Assembly (NCBI GenBank): GCA_964654185.1
Contig: CAZZIE010000004.1
Coordinates: forward strand, 4,994 to 68,993
DNA length: 64,000 nucleotides
Reading direction: 5' to 3'
Origin: an uncultured Spirochaetaceae bacterium
Lineage (GTDB): Bacteria; Spirochaetota; Spirochaetia; DSM-27196; PWMO01
A program made the position numbers and the translations under genes. Shown piece by piece: positions 8,783-16,885 of the stretch (position 1 is its first letter; every line of letters starts with the position of its first letter). Under the pieces are notes generated by a model. It made no database searches and had not been told where the DNA came from. It was given only the letters and a program-made list of their open reading frames with translations.

Positions 8783-10273
8783 CTACGCGGTTTCGGCCAG
8801 CCGTTTGTTGATTGCCGCGGCCGCCTGTCTCCCCTGCCCCATGGCAAGGATCACCGTGGCTGCTCCCAGGACGATGTCGCCGCCGGCGAAGACGCCGGGG
8901 ATGGAGGTCTCGCCATTATCGTCGGTGATGATGTTTCCGCGGCGGTTCACCTTCAGTTCGGGAGTGGTTGTAACCAGGAGCGGGTTGGATTCGTTGCCGA
9001 TCGAGACGATGACCGTATCCACGTCAATGACGTTCTCGCTGTCGGGTATGGCGACGGGACGGCGGCGGCCGGAGTCGTCCGGTTCGCCGAGCTCATAGTC
9101 CAGGCACTCAATGCCGACAACGCGCTCGTCCTCATTCCCGAGAATGCGCTTCGGGCTCTTGAGGAAGTGGAAGCGGATCCCCTCCTCCTCGGCGTGATCC
9201 ACCTCTTCGGCCCGGGCGGGCATCTCCGTGCGGGTACGCCGATACACGACATTCACCTCTTCGGCGCCCAGGCGCACCGCCGTCCGGGCGGCGTCCATGG
9301 CGACATTGCCGCCGCCGAGAACCGCCACCTTCCGGGGCTGGAAGATCGGCGTGTCGGCCCTGTCACGGTCGTAGGCCTTCATCAGATTGCTCCGGGTGAG
9401 GTACTCGTTCGCCGCGAAGACACCGACGAGGTTCTCCCCGGGAATGCTCATGAACTTCGGCAGTCCCGCACCGGTGCCGATGAAGATGGCGTCGTAGCCG
9501 TCCTTCTCAACCAGATCCCGGAGCTTGCGCGTCCGGCCGACCAGAAAGTTCGTCTTGATCTCGACACCCATGGCTTCCAGGGTCTTGATCTCGTCTCCGA
9601 CGATGCGCTTGGGAAGCCGAAACTCCGGAATGCCGTAGATCATGACCCCGCCGGGCTTGTGGAACGCCTCGAAGAGGGTGACCTCGTGACCCTCCCGGCG
9701 AATGTCCGCGGCGGCGGTGATGGAAGCGGGACCGCTGCCGATCACGCCGACCTTCTTACCGGTCGCCGGCTTCACCGTCGGCGAGGCGCCGTCGGCGTGC
9801 TCTGCGCCCCAGTCAGCCACGTAGCGCTCGAGCCGCCCGATCGATACGGACTTGAAGATGTCCTTCAGCGACTTACCTACGGTGCAGTACTCCTGACACT
9901 GATTCTCCTGGGGGCACACGCGACCGCAGATCGCCGGGAGAAGACTGGTCTCCTTGATGACTGCAAGCGACTTTGCGTAGTCGCGCTCGGCTATCGCCTT
10001 AATGAATCCTGGAATGTCGATGGCAACGGGACAGCCCTTGATGCAGGGTGCATTCTTGCACTGGAGGCAGCGTTCCGCTTCGACGAGGGCCTGCTCCTCG
10101 AAGTAGCCGTAGGTTACTTCTTCCATATTGCCGCGACGCTCCCGCGGATCCTGGCTCGGCATGTCCTGCTGGGGTATCTTCAAGCGATCCTTGTTCTTCA
10201 TGGTCGCCGGGTCAATGCTCTTGAGAACGTCCTGCGCTTCCGCCTGCAACTCTTCCGCTGATCGAAAACTCAC
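8783..10273 (-). CDS. nfnB: GltD/NfnB-type NADPH-dependent FAD/[4Fe-4S] oxidoreductase. This is the large subunit of an NfnAB/SudAB-like pair, often annotated as homotetrameric glutamate synthase.
   Basis: EAERCLQCKNAPCIKGCPVAIDIPGFI...LPAICGRVCPQENQCQEYC, then two Rossmann motifs (VGVIGSGPASI, VAVLGGGNVAMDAART) and FAGGD. GTG start with GGAAGGGAG upstream. Confidence 0.8.
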   Translation of the reverse strand: MSFRSAEELQAEAQDVLKSIDPATMKNKDRLKIPQQDMPSQDPRERRGNMEEVTYGYFEEQALVEAERCLQCKNAPCIKGCPVAIDIPGFIKAIAERDYAKSLAVIKETSLLPAICGRVCPQENQCQEYCTVGKSLKDIFKSVSIGRLERYVADWGAEHADGASPTVKPATGKKVGVIGSGPASITAAADIRREGHEVTLFEAFHKPGGVMIYGIPEFRLPKRIVGDEIKTLEAMGVEIKTNFLVGRTRKLRDLVEKDGYDAIFIGTGAGLPKFMSIPGENLVGVFAANEYLTRSNLMKAYDRDRADTPIFQPRKVAVLGGGNVAMDAARTAVRLGAEEVNVVYRRTRTEMPARAEEVDHAEEEGIRFHFLKSPKRILGNEDERVVGIECLDYELGEPDDSGRRRPVAIPDSENVIDVDTVIVSIGNESNPLLVTTTPELKVNRRGNIITDDNGETSIPGVFAGGDIVLGAATVILAMGQGRQAAAAINKRLAETA

Positions 10274-10359
10274 TATCTACTCCCTTCCTTGATGATACGG
10301 GCTCCTGTAAGATATGGCGCCGGCCGCGCCGATCCGGCATGACCGGTGCCGCGGTTGCG

Positions 10360-11226
10360 CTACTTCTGGGCAGCCTGCCGCTCCTCCGCGTCTGCCACGG
10401 CGTCGAGCCTGCACGCCTTGCTGGCTTCCGTTTCCTGGTCCTTGTAGGCGGCGAGACGCCGCAACATGTTGTCGAAGTCCACGGCATGCCCGTCGAACTC
10501 CGGGCCGTCCACGCAGACGAACTTCGTCTCACCCCCGACGGTGACCCGGCATCCCCCGCACATGCCGGTACCATCGACCATGATGGTATTGAGGGATACC
10601 ACCGTATGCACCTCGTAGGGACGGGTCGTTTCGGCGGCGAACTTCATCATGATCGGCGGCCCGATTGCCACGGCGAGATCCGGGGGCGGGTCCTGCTCGC
10701 ACTGCTCCTTCAGGGGCTCGGTCACGAGGGCCTTCCGTCCGTAGGAGCCGTCGTCGGTCACCACGATGAGCTCATCCGCAATGGCGCCCATCTCCTCTTC
10801 CAGGATGACGAGCTCCTTCGTCCGCGCCCCAATGATGATGGTAACGTGATTGCCCGCCTCCTTGAGCGCCTGGGCGATCGGATGCAGCGGTGCCACACCG
10901 ATTCCGCCACCGACGCAGACGACCCGGCCGAAGTTCTCAATGTGGGTGGGCTGCCCCAGAGGTCCGAGGACGTTCGCAATGGCGTCCCCCGCCTGATACG
11001 TGGCGAGCACCCTGGTGGTCTTGCCCACCGCCTGGAAGATGAGAGTGATCGACCCCTCGTCGGGGTCCGCATCCGCAATGGTCAGAGGAATGCGTTCGCC
11101 GAAGTTGTCGTCGAGCTGCAGGATGACGAACTGCCCGGGGTGTCGCTCCCGGGAAATCTCGGGAGCGCGAATGCGCATCTTGAAGACGTTTTCCGAAAGC
11201 TGCGTTCGTTCCAGTATTTCCTTCAT
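10360..11226 (-). CDS. nfnA: NfnA/SudB-type ferredoxin-NADP-reductase-like FAD/[2Fe-2S] subunit
   Basis: Start at MKEILERTQLSENVFKMRIRAPEI (ATG at 11226). FNR-like fold motifs are present (RIPLTIAD, VCVGGGIGVAPL) with a C-terminal Cys cluster (GTGMCGGCRV...FVCVDGPEF). Confidence 0.8.
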   Translation of the reverse strand: MKEILERTQLSENVFKMRIRAPEISRERHPGQFVILQLDDNFGERIPLTIADADPDEGSITLIFQAVGKTTRVLATYQAGDAIANVLGPLGQPTHIENFGRVVCVGGGIGVAPLHPIAQALKEAGNHVTIIIGARTKELVILEEEMGAIADELIVVTDDGSYGRKALVTEPLKEQCEQDPPPDLAVAIGPPIMMKFAAETTRPYEVHTVVSLNTIMVDGTGMCGGCRVTVGGETKFVCVDGPEFDGHAVDFDNMLRRLAAYKDQETEASKACRLDAVADAEERQAAQK

Positions 11227-11364
11227 GCCGGTGTTTCCTTCATGGTACAGAGTCCTCGCACAAGCTTTGCGGCGGGGCCTCCGCGGTCCGGCGCGCATGT
11301 GCGTGCCACTGCGGTCACCCCGCACTGCTGCAGCCGACGGGACGCCTCACGCCCGCCCGTCGGC

Positions 11365-11394
11365 ATCGATATAAATCCTATATTATCTATAAAA
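11365..11394. promoter_or_regulatory. AT-rich island upstream of nfnA holding ATCGATAT and TTATCTATAAAA boxes
   Basis: ATCGATAT at 11365-11372 and TTATCTATAAAA at 11383-11394. The same 12-mer recurs at 23180-23191, and ATCGATAT recurs at 37872 and 37900. Confidence 0.45.
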
Positions 11395-11517
11395 AAGAGT
11401 CCATATTGCTCTGATCATACGGCGGCAGGTCGTCCGTGTAAAGGGTCTGGTTGAAACATCCTACCTTTCCCGATCACCATTCGCGCCTTCCGGGGCTTTC
11501 CGCCCGGCCGCTGCCGA

Positions 11518-13320
11518 TCAGATTCTTCGACGCTGTGCATTCAGCCCCAGGAGCGTGGCATCAATGCCCTTGGCGGCCTGGTGGCCGTTGGCAATTGCAC
11601 TGATCGCGTCGCGCTTGGTGTTGGTAATGTCGCCACCGGCGAATACCTTAGGATCGCCGGTTGCCCCGAACTTGTCTACCGTCACCCGGCCGCGGTCGAC
11701 GGTGATCTTTGCCAGCGCCTCCTCCGGCAGGAAGGAGTAGTCCGCATCCTGGCCGATCGCCGAGATAACGGAGTCGAAGACCTCCCGGTGCTCGGAGCCC
11801 TCGATCAAGACGGGCTTCGGACGCTTCCCCTCCCCCTGGTCGACCATCTCCGCCTCGCCCCAGACGAAGGTCGCCTGGGTACTCCGGGACGCATCCTCCA
11901 CGGCAATCGGAACGGCCTGGGGAACGATCCGCACGCCCTCGTCGATGGCCTCATCGATCTCCTCCTCGTCGGCGGGCATGTCCTGGATGCGGCGCCGGTA
12001 GAGCACCGTGACCTCCGCCCCCAGGCGGCGGGCGGTCCGGGCGGCGTCCATGGCGACGTTGCCGCCGCCGATGACGGCGACCTTCTCTCCCATACCGGGA
12101 TCGCGCCCGGCGGTAACGTCGTCGAGAACCGTGATTCCCGACAGTACCCGCGGGTGGTCCTCTCCGGGAATGCCCATCTGATAGGCGTTGGGAAGACCGG
12201 TGGAGATGAAGACCGCGTCGTAGTCCCGATAGATGTCTTCGAAGGTGAGGTCGCGGCCAACCTGGAACTCCTGCTTGATCTCGACCCCGAGGGAGCGGAT
12301 GTAGTCGATGTCCTTGTTGATCTGATCGTAGGGAAGCCGGTACTCCGGGATTCCGTAACGAAGCATGCCGCCGGGGAGGTCCCGGGAGTCGTACACGGTG
12401 ATCTCGTAACCCAGGAGACGCAGATAGTAGGCGGCGCTCAGGCCGCCGGGGCCGGAGCCGACGACTGCCACGCGCTTGCCGTTGGACTCTTCCGCGCTGC
12501 CCAGGATCATCTCGTAGTCCCGGGAGTAGATCTGGTCCGCAATGTAGCGCTTGAGCCAGCGGATCGAGATGGCCTCCCCCTCGCCGTGGCGCTTTGCACA
12601 GACGCTCTCACAGGTGTGCGTACACACCCGCCCGCACGATGCCGGAAGCGGGTTGGATTCATAGACGATGCGCAGGCCTTCTCCGAGATCATCGTCGCGG
12701 ATGGCGCGAATGTAGCCGGGCACGTCCATGTGCGCCGGGCAGGTGGCAATGCAGATGCCGCAGGCGACGCAGCGGTCCGCCTCTTTCCGGGCCTGCTCCT
12801 CGGAATAGCCCTGCACGAGCTCCCGGAAGCTGGTCAGACCCTCCTCGGGAGCGAGCGTCTCCATCTTCACGCGCTCCTTCTCCAGGAGCTCGTACCCCGG
12901 GGCGCGCTCGTACCCGAGGTCGCTCTCGTCCCAGGCCTTCCGGTCCTCTCCGGGAACGTAGCGGAAGACGTCCGGGTCGATGTCGACCCAGATGTACTCG
13001 TTGCTCATGCCCAGAGAGCCGGTGGGGCAGATGTCGACGCAGAGGGCGCACCAGCAGCAGCGGCCGTAGTCCACCATGGGGCGCAGACCGCTGTCGCCGT
13101 GACGCGGCTTGTGCCGGACCGACTCCACCAGATCGATGGCCTCGTTCTGGCACACGGTCTCGCAGGTCCCGCATCCAATGCACATCTCGCCGTCGTTGGT
13201 GTGAAAGCCCCGGTACCGGGGCGCCCCGGGCCGATCATCAATGGGGTTCTTCGTCGTATAGGGCTTCTCGAAGGCGCGCTTCCACACCGAAAAGGGTGCA
13301 ATCAGGTCTTTGACACTCAT
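11518..13320 (-). CDS. fusion protein: NuoI/MbxN-like 2x[4Fe-4S] ferredoxin subunit (N-terminal, about 170 aa) joined to a GltD/NfnB-like FAD-NAD(P)H oxidoreductase (C-terminal, about 430 aa)
   Basis: N-terminal part: CIGCGTCETVCQNEAI ... CCWCALCVDICPTGSL (NuoI-type). C-terminal part: EADRCVACGICIATCPAHMDVPGYI...ASCGRVCTHTCESVC, VAVVGSGPGGLSAAYYL, VAVIGGGNVAMDAART, FAGGD. It is the last gene of the coupled operon. Confidence 0.85.
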   Translation of the reverse strand: MSVKDLIAPFSVWKRAFEKPYTTKNPIDDRPGAPRYRGFHTNDGEMCIGCGTCETVCQNEAIDLVESVRHKPRHGDSGLRPMVDYGRCCWCALCVDICPTGSLGMSNEYIWVDIDPDVFRYVPGEDRKAWDESDLGYERAPGYELLEKERVKMETLAPEEGLTSFRELVQGYSEEQARKEADRCVACGICIATCPAHMDVPGYIRAIRDDDLGEGLRIVYESNPLPASCGRVCTHTCESVCAKRHGEGEAISIRWLKRYIADQIYSRDYEMILGSAEESNGKRVAVVGSGPGGLSAAYYLRLLGYEITVYDSRDLPGGMLRYGIPEYRLPYDQINKDIDYIRSLGVEIKQEFQVGRDLTFEDIYRDYDAVFISTGLPNAYQMGIPGEDHPRVLSGITVLDDVTAGRDPGMGEKVAVIGGGNVAMDAARTARRLGAEVTVLYRRRIQDMPADEEEIDEAIDEGVRIVPQAVPIAVEDASRSTQATFVWGEAEMVDQGEGKRPKPVLIEGSEHREVFDSVISAIGQDADYSFLPEEALAKITVDRGRVTVDKFGATGDPKVFAGGDITNTKRDAISAIANGHQAAKGIDATLLGLNAQRRRI

Positions 13321-13323
13321 GAT

Positions 13324-14559
13324 CTACCTCTCGATCTCCGGCGGATAGGTGTGGAGGCTGACCATGAGCCCCGCAACGTCGGCGATATTTGTTCCCACCG
13401 CCAGCTTTTCCAGCACCACCATGGCGTGGGTGTATGAGGGGCCGCGCACATACACGCGCCGGGGGTATCCGGTACCGTCGGCAACAAGGAAGTACCCGTA
13501 TTCGCCCCGGGTACACTCCGCGCGACGGTAGGTCTGCCCGGGTGGGATCTTCCAGTGCAGGACGTTCGGCAGCCTAGTGTGAATGGCGCCCTCCGCGGGA
13601 ATGCGGTCGGCGATCTGTCTGATCAGTGAGATCGCCTGGTACATCTCCCGAAAGCGCACCCGGGCGCGGGCGTAGGCATCCGACTCTGTCTCAGTGACGA
13701 TGTCAAAGTCCAACTGATCGTAGCCGAGATACGGCGCATCCTTGCGGATGTCCCGGGCGACGCCGGCGGCTCGCGCATTCGGACCGGTAATGCCGTAGCG
13801 GTCGATCATGTCCGGGGTGATCACGCCGAGCCCCTTTGCCCGGGACTTGAAGACGGCGTTGGAGAACATGGCAAGGTCGATCTCCCCGAGGAGCTTCTCC
13901 ACTGTGGCCAGGACCGCCTCGAGACGATCCCGGAAGCCCTCCGGAAGATCCGCGCGAACTCCGCCGGGGATGATGTACATGTGGTAGATGCGGCCACCCG
14001 AGAGCTCCTCGAAGAGATCGAGGATGTAGTCGCGGTGGACCATGGTCCACTGGCCGATGGTGCCCATGCCGAAGGAGCCCGCCTGGCCGCCGATCCACTG
14101 AAGGAAGCTCGTCAGCCGCGCCATCTCCAGCGTCAGGAGGCGGATCCAGTTGGCCTTCTCCGGCACCTCGATCCCGGCGAGCTCCTCCACGGTGGCGGCG
14201 TAGAGATACTCGTTGAAATCGGGTTCCGGCACGCAGATCCGGCACACTAACGGGAAGTTCTGAATGAAGGTGCGCCGCTCCATGAGCTTCTCGAAGCCCC
14301 GGTGGAGATATCCCACGTGGGTCCGGCACTCCACGACGGTGTCTCCTTCCACGGTGAGCTCCAGGGACATGTTGCCGGTAATGCCGGGATGGTTCGGGCC
14401 CTGCCAGAGCTTGAGATACTTCCCGCTCTCGAGATCGATCCGCGGCGCGCCGGTGTCGGAGCCCTCATTCCGGTCCGGGGCGTCGAACTCGCGATAGGTC
14501 GGCTTCTCGTAGATCTCCCGGGAGTCGATGTCCCGGAACAGATGGGTGTACGTGCTCAT
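13324..14559 (-). CDS. NuoD / [NiFe]-hydrogenase large-subunit homologue lacking the C-terminal NiFe ligands (MbxL/MbsL-like)
   Basis: WQGPNHPGITG...HVGYLHRGFEKL is typical of the family. The N-terminal motif reads VCRICVPEP where RICGIC is expected. The C-terminus reads SLHTYPPEIER where DPCxxCxxR is expected. Confidence 0.85.
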   Translation of the reverse strand: MSTYTHLFRDIDSREIYEKPTYREFDAPDRNEGSDTGAPRIDLESGKYLKLWQGPNHPGITGNMSLELTVEGDTVVECRTHVGYLHRGFEKLMERRTFIQNFPLVCRICVPEPDFNEYLYAATVEELAGIEVPEKANWIRLLTLEMARLTSFLQWIGGQAGSFGMGTIGQWTMVHRDYILDLFEELSGGRIYHMYIIPGGVRADLPEGFRDRLEAVLATVEKLLGEIDLAMFSNAVFKSRAKGLGVITPDMIDRYGITGPNARAAGVARDIRKDAPYLGYDQLDFDIVTETESDAYARARVRFREMYQAISLIRQIADRIPAEGAIHTRLPNVLHWKIPPGQTYRRAECTRGEYGYFLVADGTGYPRRVYVRGPSYTHAMVVLEKLAVGTNIADVAGLMVSLHTYPPEIER

Positions 14560-15173
14560 GACGTGCTCTCCCCGTCGGTGCCGGCACCGCCCGCCTCCGG
14601 AGAGGCCGGGTGCGGTCCGTCGATCTCCGCGTAGAGGGCGCGCTTCATGTGCTCCCGGACTACGGTTTTCTTGCGCCCGGGGCGCGGGAAGTAGCGCGCC
14701 TCCGAATAGGCGCGGGTATCGAACTCCCGGCGCATGGGGGGAATGTCGTTCCAGCTCTCCAGGATGAAGGGCTCATCCACCCGGGGGCTCCCGGGGAAGT
14801 CGATGCCGAACATCTCCTTGAGCTCCCGCTGGTAGGTGCTTGCCTGCGCCCAGAGGAGGTGGATCGACTCCATCTCCGCGGCGTCCCGGGGAACCTCCAC
14901 CTCGACGCCCACGTCCCGTCGGCCGGTGTAGTCGTGGAGCAGATAGGTGAGACGAAAGGTCCCCTGCTCGATCACGTCGACCGCCGTCAGGAAGACCAGA
15001 TGGGTGAACCCCTCGACGTCGCGAAGGTGGCGGATCATGGGAACGGCGTGCGACCGGGAGATCCGGATGAACGCCTGACCGGCGTGACTGATCCGCCCGT
15101 TGTCGGTCTCGAAACGCTGAGCAAGGTCCTGGAGAAGCTCCTCAAGGGGGCGAGTGGCCGTATGCATCGTCAT
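14556..15173 (-). CDS. NuoC/MbxK-like 30-kDa subunit
   Basis: HLVFLTAVD...YQRELKEMFGIDFPG pattern. The start overlaps neighbouring genes by 4 nt. Confidence 0.8.
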   Translation of the reverse strand: MTMHTATRPLEELLQDLAQRFETDNGRISHAGQAFIRISRSHAVPMIRHLRDVEGFTHLVFLTAVDVIEQGTFRLTYLLHDYTGRRDVGVEVEVPRDAAEMESIHLLWAQASTYQRELKEMFGIDFPGSPRVDEPFILESWNDIPPMRREFDTRAYSEARYFPRPGRKKTVVREHMKRALYAEIDGPHPASPEAGGAGTDGESTS

Positions 15174-15191
15174 AAATGATCTCCTCCGGCC

Positions 15192-15962
15192 CTACCAGTT
15201 GTAGTCCGGCATGTTCCAGTCGGTGATGACCCTCTTCTGATTCGCCTTGTACCAGTCGAAGTTCTCGGCGTAGTAGTTGGCCCCTTCGGCTTCGCCGGCG
15301 CGGATCAGTTGCTTCAGCTTCTGGAATCCCGCGAGGATGGCTTCAGGGCGCGGCATGCAGCCGGCGACGTAGACATCCACGGGGATGTAGTGATCGAGGC
15401 GGTTGATGGTGTTGTAGCTGTCCCAGTACATGCCGCCGTTGATGGTGCAGCTCCCGAGGCCGATCACGAACTTCGGGTTCTGCATCTGCTCGTAGCTCCG
15501 GACGATACGCTTGAGGGTCTTCAGGGAGACGTAACCCCCAATGATGAAGACGCTCGACTGCCGCGGCGTGGGGCGTCCCTGAATGCCGTAGCGGTAGGCG
15601 TCGAACCGGGCGGTCATGAGGGGACGGAGCTCGATTGCGCCGCAGCCGGTGCCGAAGCCGAGGATCCAGAGGCTCTGGGAGCGGGCCCAGTTGAGGAATT
15701 TCTCAATGATGCCGCGGAAGGGGGCGACCGCCTCGGGGCGGGCGTCACAGAAGCAGGCACGGTCCTGGATCGGCATGTCGAGGTTGGGAAGGCGCACGCC
15801 GTCTCCCGTGATGGGCAGGGTGCGCTTCTCTTCCGGGTCCGACGCGGCGCTTGTGTCCGGGGCCGTTGCCCGCGCCGCTGCCGTGCCCGGCGCGCCGCCC
15901 GGCGCATTGGCCGACGCGTTGGCCGCCGCCTCCGCAGAGGTGCCGTCTGTGTGGTCGCTCAT
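15192..15962 (-). CDS. NuoB/MbxJ-like [4Fe-4S] subunit with an Ala/Pro-rich N-terminal extension of about 60 aa
   Basis: SLWILGFGTGCGAIE, VIGLGSCTINGG and VAGCMPRPE. Only one Cys sits where complex I has CC. The ATG at 15962 overlaps the TGA of the upstream gene (ATGA), which supports the long form. Confidence 0.8.
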   Translation of the reverse strand: MSDHTDGTSAEAAANASANAPGGAPGTAAARATAPDTSAASDPEEKRTLPITGDGVRLPNLDMPIQDRACFCDARPEAVAPFRGIIEKFLNWARSQSLWILGFGTGCGAIELRPLMTARFDAYRYGIQGRPTPRQSSVFIIGGYVSLKTLKRIVRSYEQMQNPKFVIGLGSCTINGGMYWDSYNTINRLDHYIPVDVYVAGCMPRPEAILAGFQKLKQLIRAGEAEGANYYAENFDWYKANQKRVITDWNMPDYNW

Positions 15963-16885
15963 GCAACGCTCCTTATGATCTGCAGCGCGACGGCGATAAC
16001 GCCGATCGCTGCGGGGATCTTCAAGAAGAAGGTGATCGAATCCTGAACGCGGAAGCGTGGGAAGGAGACTCCCACGAAAACCGTGAACAGATAGATGAGA
16101 AAGGTCTTGATGACCATGGCAAAGATGTTGGTCGCTCCACCGAAGAAGAGGTTCATGTAGAGGATCAGCTTTGCGCCGTTGAAGATGGCGCGGTTGGACT
16201 GGAGCATGCCCATGTAGGAGCCCTGATACTCCGTCGGCGGGCCCATGGGGATCTCCTGCGGTGCGGTGACGACACTGAAGGGGTTACCCATGGTCATACC
16301 CAGGAAGGCGACCATTCCGGCAATGGTGGCCAGAGGATTGGCAAAGAGGTTCCAGCTGAGAATCCCTCCCTGCTGGACCGCGACGATTTCGGTTATCGAC
16401 AGGGTGTTGTGCTGGATTGCCAGGGACACGATCGCCAGGGTGAAGGGCACCTCGAAGGCGGTCATCTGCGCAAGGCCCCGGGCAACGCCGATGGCGCTGT
16501 ACGGGTGCCCGCCCTCACCGGCTCCGAGGGCCATGCCGAGCTGGCCGAAGAAGATGAAGTACACCACCAGGAGCAGGTCGCCGGCGAAGTGGAAGTTCCC
16601 GAACACCGTGGAGCCGAAGATGACGGGAATAAACATGAGCGTGCCGATGCCGCCGGCGAGGCGGAAGACCGGCCCCAGATAGAACATGATCCCGTGGCTT
16701 ATGGTTGTCCGCTTGGCGTTGTTCTTGATGATGTCGATGTACGGCTGCCACACGGGGATGCCGATCCGACCTTGGACCCGGGCGCGGATGCGGGCGGTGG
16801 TTCCCATGAGAAGAATCCCGTAGTTGAAGACCACGAAGAGGGTAATGGCGGCGTACAGGACGTGGAGCAAGATCGGCTCGGTCAT
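15959..16885 (-). CDS. NuoH/HycD/MbxM-like membrane subunit
   Basis: A polytopic membrane protein with RIRARVQGRIGIPVWQPYIDIIK at the N-terminus, which is the NuoH/HycD signature region. Confidence 0.8.
   Translation of the reverse strand: MTEPILLHVLYAAITLFVVFNYGILLMGTTARIRARVQGRIGIPVWQPYIDIIKNNAKRTTISHGIMFYLGPVFRLAGGIGTLMFIPVIFGSTVFGNFHFAGDLLLVVYFIFFGQLGMALGAGEGGHPYSAIGVARGLAQMTAFEVPFTLAIVSLAIQHNTLSITEIVAVQQGGILSWNLFANPLATIAGMVAFLGMTMGNPFSVVTAPQEIPMGPPTEYQGSYMGMLQSNRAIFNGAKLILYMNLFFGGATNIFAMVIKTFLIYLFTVFVGVSFPRFRVQDSITFFLKIPAAIGVIAVALQIIRSVA

Noticed and set aside
9167-10261. 364-aa plus-strand ORF antisense to the nfnB-like gene. The same pattern occurs at 10339-11454, 11581-13437, 15309-16046, 15851-16909 and 17068-19104.
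   Set aside because: These are mirror ORFs of strongly supported minus-strand genes. They have Arg/Gly/His/Pro-biased composition and no recognisable motifs, as is typical of the antisense frame in high-GC coding DNA.
13324-14559. Calling this gene a [NiFe]-hydrogenase large subunit, and so calling the operon an Ech/Mbh hydrogenase
   Set aside because: The C-terminal DPCxxC motif is absent (HTYPPE instead), and the N-terminal RICGIC motif is degenerate (RICVPE). No hyp maturation genes or endopeptidase gene are present in the window.
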